DNA of 64,000 bases. Origin: an uncultured Acidobacteriota bacterium. Its GTDB lineage: Bacteria > Acidobacteriota > Thermoanaerobaculia > UBA5066. Where the stretch lies: contig CAVZYA010000002.1 in assembly GCA_963779415.1 (NCBI GenBank), positions 1,088,001 through 1,152,000 of the forward strand, in the 5' to 3' direction. This document shows, piece by piece, positions 13,181-21,206 of this stretch (position 1 is the stretch's first letter; each line of letters begins with the position of its first letter). The position numbers and the translations under genes were made by a program. The notes under the pieces were generated by a model, which was given only the letters and a program-made list of their open reading frames with translations, ran no database searches and had not been told where the DNA came from.

Positions 13181-14842
13181 CTACGGGGATTCCCGGAGGA
13201 TCGACTCCGCTGCGCGGATGCCGGAATCCTGGGCGTCCTCGAAGAGCGGAAGGCCGGTGTCCGCGTGGGCGAACCGGACGCCGCCGAGCGGCTCGTCCGG
13301 AAGCCGCCGCACCGGGCTGGCCAGGAAGCCGGGCGCGGGGCGGAGCATCGCGTGCCCCCAGCGAGCCACGTCGAGACGCGTCACGAGCCCCGGAAGGTCG
13401 GGATGTGCACGCGAGAGGTCCGCGAGGACGGCCGCGGCGATCTCCTCCCACGTCATGCCGAATAGCTTCTCGCGCGCCGCCTTCGGCGCTTCGCCCGCGA
13501 AGGAGTGATACCAGGTGAATACCGTCGGCCCGTGGTCGCTTCCGGTCTGGTGCCCTGTCTGATGAGTAGCCACGACGTAGCCGAGCGACTTCGAGTCGTA
13601 GAGGACGTTGTCCCAGGCCAGCTCCACCCGGCGCTCCTTCGGCCGGCCGGAGAGGGTCAGGTTCGCCACGATCCACGGGGCATAGCCCATGTCTCGGAGA
13701 AAGGCGGGGGGCGCCTCCCGCCACGGGGCGAGAACGCGCGCCGCGACGAACTTCGGGAGGGCGAGGACGGCGTCGCGCGCTTCGACATCGACGACTTCGT
13801 TCTTCGCGGCGTCGAGGTACCGGACGAGGACCGGAGCGCCCGGCGTCCTCCGGGGGACGACGTCGAAGACCAGAGCCGACGGGACCATCCGGCCGGCCGC
13901 CGACTTCGAAAGGTGATGGACGAGCCTTCCGTTCCCCTCGGGCCAGGTCAGGAACGGGGCGGGCTCCTCGTCGGGAGCGTTCCCCGCCATCCGGGCGGCG
14001 TAATAGAAGATTCCTGCCCACGCGGAGATCTCGTCGAGGCTTCCGGCGTAGTCGTCGCGGCAGCCGTAGTCGGCCAGCCAGAGGAGGCGCGGCGAGTCGA
14101 ATCCCTTCGACCGCATCCAGTCGCCCATCGTCAGCCGGTCGAGGGAGGTGAACTCCGCGTCCTCGGAGGAGCCGCGGGTCGGGACGGCGAAGGCCCGCCG
14201 GCCTTTCGCATCCCTCATCGCCGCGAAGGCGGCCATCTCGGCCTCGAAGCGGTTCAGCTGCATGAGGTCCGCCGGCGAGGCGCCGGCGTGCGGGTAGAGC
14301 CCGGTGTGCCACTCGAAGCCGAAGAAGAGCCGCTCCTCCGGCTCCCGGCAGAGCATCTCCTCGGCGAAGAGAGGCCGGCCGTTCCCGTCGTGCCCCGTGA
14401 TCGCGCCGATCTCGGCAAGGAGCGTCTCTATTGCCGGATTCGGATAGGCGGGGACGGGGACGTAGTGCGCGCCCCACGGGAAGCGAGAGACGTCGTTTCC
14501 GCCTGAGATCGCCGTCCCGCCCGGCTCGGCCTCCAGGTCGTAGAGGCGGAAGTCCGTCTTGCCCGCTCGCGCCAGAGTCCACGCGGCGGAAAGCCCGGAG
14601 ACTCCTCCCCCGAGAATCGCCGTGCCGACGCGCTCCGTCCGGACGGCCGGGCGCGCGAGGAGGTCGGCGCTCCAGAGCCGGTGGCCGAGCGCCTCGTCCG
14701 GGACGACGAAACCCCCGTCGAACCGGAGCGCCCGCTCGTCCCTTCGCCCGCAGGAAGCGAGGGCGGAAGCGAGCGCCGCCGCGGCTCCCGTTCCCATCAG
14801 TGCGACGATCGCGTCGCGCCGCGTCAGTCGAACTTCTTCCAC
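13181..14842 (-). CDS. FAD-dependent oxidoreductase (amine oxidase/protoporphyrinogen oxidase-like) with Tat-lipoprotein signal
   Basis: TRRDAI twin-arginine motif and LASC lipobox; GGGVSG dinucleotide fold; PWGAHY, YGCRDDY and RWGHAM motifs. Confidence 0.8.
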   Translation of the reverse strand: MEEVRLTRRDAIVALMGTGAAAALASALASCGRRDERALRFDGGFVVPDEALGHRLWSADLLARPAVRTERVGTAILGGGVSGLSAAWTLARAGKTDFRLYDLEAEPGGTAISGGNDVSRFPWGAHYVPVPAYPNPAIETLLAEIGAITGHDGNGRPLFAEEMLCREPEERLFFGFEWHTGLYPHAGASPADLMQLNRFEAEMAAFAAMRDAKGRRAFAVPTRGSSEDAEFTSLDRLTMGDWMRSKGFDSPRLLWLADYGCRDDYAGSLDEISAWAGIFYYAARMAGNAPDEEPAPFLTWPEGNGRLVHHLSKSAAGRMVPSALVFDVVPRRTPGAPVLVRYLDAAKNEVVDVEARDAVLALPKFVAARVLAPWREAPPAFLRDMGYAPWIVANLTLSGRPKERRVELAWDNVLYDSKSLGYVVATHQTGHQTGSDHGPTVFTWYHSFAGEAPKAAREKLFGMTWEEIAAAVLADLSRAHPDLPGLVTRLDVARWGHAMLRPAPGFLASPVRRLPDEPLGGVRFAHADTGLPLFEDAQDSGIRAAESILRESP

Positions 14843-16344
14843 TCGCTCTCGTACATCCGGACGAGGACCTGGTCGTTCAGCCGGTTCACCGGCGCCTCGA
14901 CGCGTGAGATGTCGGGCCCGAAGACGAAGAGCGAAGCGAGAGTCTCGGACGAGAGGGCACGGAGGCCCGGCAGGACCCGCGTCGGCGCCTCGAACGGACG
15001 CGGCGCCGCGAGGACGTAGCCCCAGACGCCGAACGACGGCACCGTCATCTGGTAGGGGTGGACGAAGAAGCCGGCCGCCTCGATCGTCCGCGCGACGCTC
15101 CAGAACGAGGTCCGTGCAAAGAGGGGAGACGTCGACTGGACCGCCATGGCGCCCTGCGGGTCGAGGCGACGCTTCGCGAGCGAGTAGAAGCGCGTCGTGT
15201 AGAGCTTTCCGACCGAATAGCTGTTCGGGTCGGGGAAGTCGACGAGGATCAGGTCGAAGAGGTCCTTTCCCTCCTCGAGCCAGACCATCGCGTCCTCGTT
15301 GATCACCCGGACGCGCGGGTCGGCGAGGGAATCCCGGTTCAGGGCGGTGAAGAGGGGATGCGTCCGCGCGAGCGTCGTCATCGCGGGGTCGAGGTCGACC
15401 AGGGTGACCCGCTCGACTTCAGGGTGCTTGAGCACCTCGCGGACGGCGAGTCCGTCGCCGCCGCCGAGGACGAGGACTCTCCTCGCGTCGGGGACGACGC
15501 CGAACGCCGGGTGGACGAGCGCCTCGTGGTACCGGTACTCGTCGACGGAGGAGAACTGGAGGTGTCCGTTCAGGAAGAGCTGGAAGCCGGCCCGGTTCCG
15601 CGTCACGACGATCCTCTGGTACGGCGTCGACTTTGCGACGATCACCTCGTCGGCGTACTGCGTCTCCTCGGCCATGGTCGTCAGCCGGTCGGCTGAGGCG
15701 AACGCGCCGAGGAGGAGAAGGACGACGAGCCCGGCGCGCGCGAGGAGCCCTCCGGAGGGGCCGATCTGGCGCTGGAAGAGCCGGATCGACCAGAAGGCGA
15801 CCGCCGCGTTCAGGAGGCCGAAGAGGACCGACGTCCGGACGAGCCCGAGGCGGGGGACAAGGACGAGCGGGAAGAGAACCGAGGCCGCGAGGGAGCCGAG
15901 ATAATCAAACGTCAGGACCTGCGAGACGAGGTCCTTGAAGACGACCGAGTCCTTGAGGAGCCGCATCAGGAGGGGGATCTCGACGCCGACGAGGATCCCG
16001 ACGAGGAGGACGATCCCGAAGAAGACAGGCGAAAACCACCGGGGAGACGAGAAGGCGAAGAAGAGCGCGGGCGCCGAGAGGCCGCCGATCAGCGCGACGG
16101 CGGTCTCGGCCTCGACGAAGCGGCGGGCCACGTTTCGGGCGACGAAGCGCGTCAGGAACGCGCCCACGCCCATCGCCGTGAGGTAGATCCCGATGACGAG
16201 GGAGAACTGCGTGACCGAGTCGCCGAGGAGATAGCTCGCGAGCGTCCCGGCGACGAGTTCGTAGACGAGCCCGCACGAGGCGATGACGAGGACCGTCAGG
16301 TAGACGGGCCCCGGCCGGACGCGGGCGGTCTCCGGAGAGGTCAA
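14824..16344 (-). CDS. speE: Membrane-domain polyamine aminopropyltransferase (spermidine synthase-like)
   Basis: About 7 N-terminal TM helices (CGLVYEL), TPYQRI, DEYRYHEALVHP, VLGGGDG and DFPDP motifs; TTG start at 16344 is inferred. Confidence 0.85.
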   Translation of the reverse strand: MTSPETARVRPGPVYLTVLVIASCGLVYELVAGTLASYLLGDSVTQFSLVIGIYLTAMGVGAFLTRFVARNVARRFVEAETAVALIGGLSAPALFFAFSSPRWFSPVFFGIVLLVGILVGVEIPLLMRLLKDSVVFKDLVSQVLTFDYLGSLAASVLFPLVLVPRLGLVRTSVLFGLLNAAVAFWSIRLFQRQIGPSGGLLARAGLVVLLLLGAFASADRLTTMAEETQYADEVIVAKSTPYQRIVVTRNRAGFQLFLNGHLQFSSVDEYRYHEALVHPAFGVVPDARRVLVLGGGDGLAVREVLKHPEVERVTLVDLDPAMTTLARTHPLFTALNRDSLADPRVRVINEDAMVWLEEGKDLFDLILVDFPDPNSYSVGKLYTTRFYSLAKRRLDPQGAMAVQSTSPLFARTSFWSVARTIEAAGFFVHPYQMTVPSFGVWGYVLAAPRPFEAPTRVLPGLRALSSETLASLFVFGPDISRVEAPVNRLNDQVLVRMYESEWKKFD

Positions 16345-16354
16345 GAGGCCGGGC

Positions 16355-16580
16355 TCAGCCGCCCGTGACGCTCGCCGCGATGATGATCGACGATCGCGAT
16401 GATGATCGACCCGATCACGATCCCGAGGGCGATGTTCTGGTCCTCCTCCATCTCCTTCTTGATCGAGAAGGGGAGGACCTTCGGAAGGATGGCGAAAAAG
16501 ATCGAGAAGATGACGATCCCGATGACCGAAAAGATGATCGTCGAGACGACCTGATGCCCGTGGAGATTCCACCAGTCCAT
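16355..16580 (-). CDS. DUF350 small membrane protein (1-nt frameshift near the C-terminus)
   Basis: KEMEEDQNIALGIVIGSIII motif; the corrected frame ends IIIAASVTGG-TGA at 16355. Confidence 0.75.
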
Positions 16581-16747
16581 TACTTACCTCCGCTCCAGAA
16601 GTGGTAGCTGCGCCAGCCGCCGGCGTTCCGCGCCGTAGCCGGCAGGGTGTTTTTCTGCGTCCCGACCGAAGCGTCCCAGCCGCTGAACGCCGCCCAGGCG
16701 TAAAGGACGAGGAGCCCGGTTCCGAGGGCCCGGAAGATTCGTCTCAT
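16580..16747 (-). CDS. 55-aa small membrane/secreted peptide missing from the ORF track
   Basis: MRRIFRALGTGLLVLYAWAAFSGWDASVGTQKNTLPATARNAGGWRSYHFWSGGK; ATGA overlap upstream and TAATG overlap downstream. Confidence 0.75.
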   Translation of the reverse strand: MRRIFRALGTGLLVLYAWAAFSGWDASVGTQKNTLPATARNAGGWRSYHFWSGGK

Positions 16748-18778
16748 GAGTCATCTCCGCTCTCTTCTTCCGAGTCCTTTTCGGACCCCGTGGAAGAGAA
16801 GTCGCTCTCGGACCACCGCCGCCCTTCGAAGGCGGCGTGCGAGATCAGGAGGGAGAGTGGCCCGCAGAAGAGGAGGAAGAGGACGAGCGACGAGGTGGAA
16901 GAGCCGCGGGACTCCGCTCGTCAGCTTCACGCGGAACGACGGCGGGGGATTCGGCGAGTCGGTCTCCGGCTCGAGCCTGAGGACGTATCGCCCGGCCGGG
17001 AGGCGCGAGATCCACGTCGTGTGCGCCTGGCTCCCCTCGCTCCACTTTTCGCCGCCGTCCACGCCGGAGTAGCGGTCCGAGAGGAGGTAGAACGAATGGA
17101 CCTCGCCCGTCCCCTCGGCGATCAGGTCGGCCCCGGCACCCACCCAGTTGTTGTTCGTCGCCGCGAAGAAGTCGGCCTTCATGTTCGTCCGGCGCGTCGT
17201 CTCGAACGGCTCGCTGATGAGGACGCGTTCGGCGGCCCCCGTGGCCTGCGCGGTCCAGCTCCCGGACGGGGCCTCCGCCGTCCCCCGCTCGGCCCAGATC
17301 CGGTTCTTCGGGTCGACGAGATCGAAGGTCTTGTCGAGGACCACTTTCCGCGGCGCGAAGAGCGTCGCGACGACGAAGATGCCGATTGCGACCACGCCGA
17401 GGATTCCCGCCAGCCGCCACCAGAGATGCGAACGGCCGGCCTCGGGCCACGGCTGGCAGGCGCCGACTCCGGTCGGGGCGGGGAGCGGCTCCTTCAGCTT
17501 GAGTCCCGCCTCGATCTCCTCCTTCGGGACATAGACCCCTTCCGTCCAGTTGACCTCTTCGTCCGCCCCCTCCTTGGAGAGCATCCGTGGGGGAGCGACG
17601 AAGTCGACGGCGAGGGTCGTCTCCCCCTTCGAGACGGTCCAGTAGAACTCGCCGAGAACGGCCGCGACCGACGCGGGGTTTCGCGTGAAGATCCGGTAGC
17701 GGGCGCCGCGATATGTCGCGTAGCGCGGGCCTTCCACGACTTCCCCCGCGGCCACCGGGGCGAGGAGCGTGTGATGCCCGTTCGACTCGGCGAGCCAGTG
17801 ATACGCCTCGATCTTCGTCTCCTTCAGGAGGTACTCCGTCCAGAAATAGTCGGTCCCGCCCGAGTTCGTAGTCTTCAGGACGGCCCCGAGGAGGACGTAC
17901 GGGTGTCCGTTCAGGGTCCCTTCGCTCCCGAGCGGGAGGCGCGGCCGGAACGGAACCTCGGAGAGCTTTTCGAGGACCTCGAACTTCGTCGGAGGGCCGC
18001 CGGTCTCCTTCGGTGAGCCGAGGAGCGATCCGCACTAGGGGCAGGCGATCCGGACGGTCGCGGAGGGGTCCTTCAGCGAGAGCGCGCCGCCGCAGTTCGG
18101 GCAGTTGAGCGCCTGCGCGCTCGCCGCGACCTTCCGCTCCGTCCACGCCGCAAGCCCCTCGATGCCGAGGTCGGAAAGCTCGACCTTCCGTCCGACGAAG
18201 AAGCCGTCGAGGCCGGGGTCGTCTCCGTAGTCGAGGGTCCCGAGCGAGCCGTCGCCTCCGGAGATGTCCGCGTAGTGAAAGACGGCGCCCGGGGGCGCGA
18301 CGAAGGGAAGCTCCCCTTCCGCCGAGATGTAGGCCGCGCTCCGCCGCTCGGCGACGGTGAAGAGACCGTACGCCCCGAGGTTCAGACGCTCGCCCGGATG
18401 CAGCTCCTTCCATTCCGGGACGGGCGGCGGCGGGAGCGGCAGCATCATCCAGAAGGCCCCCTGCGCCTCGGCGAGCCACGCGTAGCCCCCCGATTCGAAG
18501 GCGACGTGCCATTCGTCCCACGTCCCCGACCCCGTCGAGAGCTGAATCCGTCCCACGATACGGAACGGCTTCGTCCCGTACTTCGGCCGCGCCGACATAC
18601 CGACCTTGAAGGGAGACGACGTCGGCACCAGCTCGGCGACCTTGCCGATCGCTTCGAGGTCCACTCCCTTCCGGGCCACGGCCGAACGGCACTGGGGGCA
18701 GACGGTGACGAGAGAGGAGCCCGCGGAGAAAAGGATCTCCTCACCGCAGTTGGGACACTGGGTCGCCCGGGCGCTCAA
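16744..18778 (-). CDS. DUF4178 domain protein with CxxC zinc ribbons (in-frame TAG at 18035-18037 and a C-terminal frameshift)
   Basis: CPNCG..CPQC, CPNCG..CP*CG; WDEW, GELPF, WTEYLL and GEFYW motifs; corrected C-terminus FEGRRWSESD ends at TGA 16744. Confidence 0.75.
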
Positions 18779-18839
18779 GGTGGGGGAATCTTACGGTACG
18801 TCCGTGCGGCGCTGTGGGAAGGCGGGAGACAATCGGCGT

Positions 18840-19436
18840 GTGAGAGACCGCGCGGCGTCCGTTCTGCCCTGGATTCTCGTGGCGCTCCTCTCCGCGGCAC
18901 TCGCCGCCGTCCTTGCGCGCCGGGGAGGGGGGACGGCGCGCGTCTCGGCGGCTCCTGTCGTCACGGTCGTGAACAACGTCCTGAAGCTCGCGACCGTCGA
19001 GATCGAGGTGTCGGACGTCCTTCGCGTCGAGGAGGTGAAGACGTTCGTCGTCGTGGACCTGCCGAAGAGCGCGATCCTCCGTCTGAAGGGGCGGGTCTCC
19101 GGGGGCTTCGACCTGTCGCGCGGCTCCTCGGTGAATGCGGACGAGTCGGCGCGCCGGCTCCGCGTGACGCTCCCGCACGCTTCCATCCTCTCCGTCGATC
19201 CCGTCGTCGAGTGGTTCGACGAGAAGAGCGGCTGGCTCAACCCGATCACGCCGGACGACCGGACACGCTGGCTCTCGTGGGCTCGCCTCTCGGTCGTCGC
19301 GGCCGCCCGCCGGGCGGGCATCGTCTCGAAGTCCGAGGAGCGCGCGATTTCCCTCGTCCGGGAAGCCGCCGCGGCTTACGGCTGGACCGCCGAGGTCACC
19401 TTCGTGGACGCCCCGGCACCCACGCCCATCCCGTGA
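18840..19436 (+). CDS. DUF4230-like protein
   Basis: N-terminal TM anchor; KLATVE, GRVSGGFDLS, VTLPHASIL and DEKSGWLN pattern. Confidence 0.65.
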   Translation: MRDRAASVLPWILVALLSAALAAVLARRGGGTARVSAAPVVTVVNNVLKLATVEIEVSDVLRVEEVKTFVVVDLPKSAILRLKGRVSGGFDLSRGSSVNADESARRLRVTLPHASILSVDPVVEWFDEKSGWLNPITPDDRTRWLSWARLSVVAAARRAGIVSKSEERAISLVREAAAAYGWTAEVTFVDAPAPTPIP

Positions 19437-19452
19437 CCGGCCGGCAGGGCCC

Positions 19453-19716
19453 TCAGCGGGATCGGTACACGTCTCCCCGGTGACCGACCGTGAGAACGAG
19501 GACGAGGAGGACGTCGTCGTGGATTTCGTAGACAACCCTAAAGTCGCCGACCCGGATCCGCCAGCGGTCACGTGAACCGGCCAGCTTTCTTACGCCGGGC
19601 GGCCGTGGTTCAACGGCAAGAGCTTCGATCTGAGGCTGGAGACGGGTTCGGACGGAGACGGGCAGCTTCAGGAAGGAGCGTTCGGCCGCAGGGCGAAACG
19701 CGATCCGGTAGTGCAC
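19453..19716 (-). CDS. relE: RelE/ParE family toxin
   Basis: PRPPGVRKLAG..WRIRVGDFRVVYEI..VGHRGDVY. Confidence 0.9.
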   Translation of the reverse strand: MHYRIAFRPAAERSFLKLPVSVRTRLQPQIEALAVEPRPPGVRKLAGSRDRWRIRVGDFRVVYEIHDDVLLVLVLTVGHRGDVYRSR

Positions 19717-19720
19717 GCCC

Positions 19721-19984
19721 CTACTTCAGCCCTGCTCTCTTCTTGACCGTCGTCCATGGGACGTTCTTTCCCTTCTCGCGAAGCGCCGCGTCGGCAGCCG
19801 CGTTGTCGAGCCGATCTTCTTCCTCCTCGGAAAGCTGCTCGAGGCGTTCGAAGTCGGCGACGGGAACGAGGGCGGCAATCGCCTTTCCCCGACGTTGCAG
19901 GATGATCCGCTCTCCGCGGTAGGCGACACGATTCACGGTGTCGGAGAAAGACTCCCGGGCTTTCGATGCGGTGAGCCGTGTCAT
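19721..19984 (-). CDS. Phd/YefM family antitoxin
   Basis: ASKARESFSDTVNRV..GERIILQRRGKAIAALVP; directly upstream of the toxin. Confidence 0.9.
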   Translation of the reverse strand: MTRLTASKARESFSDTVNRVAYRGERIILQRRGKAIAALVPVADFERLEQLSEEEEDRLDNAAADAALREKGKNVPWTTVKKRAGLK

Positions 19985-20010
19985 TGGCGTTTCCGTCCCT
20001 CTCGGCTGAA

Positions 20011-20037
20011 TTGTACGTCCCGTACGTTTCGTACGTC
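20011..20037. promoter_or_regulatory. Putative antitoxin operator, three GTACGT units at 9-bp period
   Basis: ttGTACGTccCGTACGTttCGTACGT lies about 30 bp upstream of the antitoxin start. Confidence 0.55.
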
Positions 20038-20163
20038 TACTTCGAAAGGTGGAGGAGCTGCAGCTCCCGCTGCCTATTCGGGGCCATCTGAAGGAACCGT
20101 GTCCGGGTACTAGCCGGACTGATCCCGAGGACGAGGCCGCCTCCTCGGCGAGGGGTTTACGAC

Positions 20164-21129
20164 TCAGGAGTCGTCGAACTCGTCGCTAACCTCATGGAGT
20201 TCTTCCTCTCGTCCGTGAAATCGCCGTCGGACTTCGGAGTCGATATCGAGAGGGTCCCCCCACGCTTTATGGAGGGACTCGTTCGGTCCATCCCAAAACG
20301 CTTGGATTTCGTCGTCGTTCTCGAAGCAGCGCAGTAGGGCCTCGTTATCAAGAAATCGGTGCCACGCATGGCTAGCTATTAGTTCAGCCTGGAACGAGAG
20401 ACGAAAGGATTCGCGGACTGGATCGTCCGTGGTCGGTTCTTCCCTCTTTACGAGATCCACCGGATTCTTCAAATGTTCGACATGACCCCTGAGTCGATAA
20501 AGGGCCTTCAAGAGCGATCTATGCTCTTCACGTTTCCCTATCAGGTATTGACCTCTGTGAATGAAGTCTCTTTCTCCACGGCCCTGTCTCGTTGCGAGCA
20601 ATCCATCTAGGGACCGAATTGCGAGGTGCAGCCTCTGCGCCGCGTAGTCCGCCCTCATCAGAGCGTCCATGGCCAGGAGGCCCATCCGGACCCTGTAGAA
20701 ATCATCGTGTGGGCGCATGACGTCTCCGACGAGGTTCACGTGTCGCGCCGCGAATTCGAAGACTTCCTTTCGAAGGGTGGGGAAGTAGACACGCGGTGTA
20801 GCGACGTACCGAGGCCATTCCTGAAACTGCTCAAGCCTTCCGCTGTGGCCGAGGCAGTAATACCCTGCCTGAGCCTTCGGCACGGACCCGAAACACGCTA
20901 GCGAGATGAGGTGTTGAAGGCGTCGCATCAGCTTGAAAGGTTCCGACGCCGCGTACTCTCCCGGATACCACGTCCTGGCGAGAAGTACGACGAGCGTGCT
21001 CTCTGAGATGGACTTGGCCGTCAGGTCGCCGAGGTTTCGCTTCCAGAACTCGTCAACTTCTCCTGGAAGCTTTTCGAGCAGCCAGCAACCTTCGCCGATT
21101 CCGAGAGGCGCCGGACCAAGACTAGACAC
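20164..21129 (-). CDS. Putative HEPN (Apea-like) domain protein
   Basis: RSLDGLL helix followed by YRLRGHVEH (Rx4H); visibly more AT-rich codons than the flanks. Confidence 0.55.
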   Translation of the reverse strand: MSSLGPAPLGIGEGCWLLEKLPGEVDEFWKRNLGDLTAKSISESTLVVLLARTWYPGEYAASEPFKLMRRLQHLISLACFGSVPKAQAGYYCLGHSGRLEQFQEWPRYVATPRVYFPTLRKEVFEFAARHVNLVGDVMRPHDDFYRVRMGLLAMDALMRADYAAQRLHLAIRSLDGLLATRQGRGERDFIHRGQYLIGKREEHRSLLKALYRLRGHVEHLKNPVDLVKREEPTTDDPVRESFRLSFQAELIASHAWHRFLDNEALLRCFENDDEIQAFWDGPNESLHKAWGDPLDIDSEVRRRFHGREEELHEVSDEFDDS

Positions 21130-21206
21130 GCGAGGCCCCTATAGGGCCGCGAGCGCAAAGCCGAAGTTATCGCCGAGTTCGGTAGGCCACCCGCTCAGTG
21201 GCCCTC

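Noticed and set aside
18035-18037. In-frame TAG in CP*CG suggesting stop-codon recoding or pyrrolysine
   Set aside because: TAG terminates many intact genes here (acnA, btuB, the multiheme gene); it is one base from TAC (Tyr); no pyl genes seen; the assembly is error-prone
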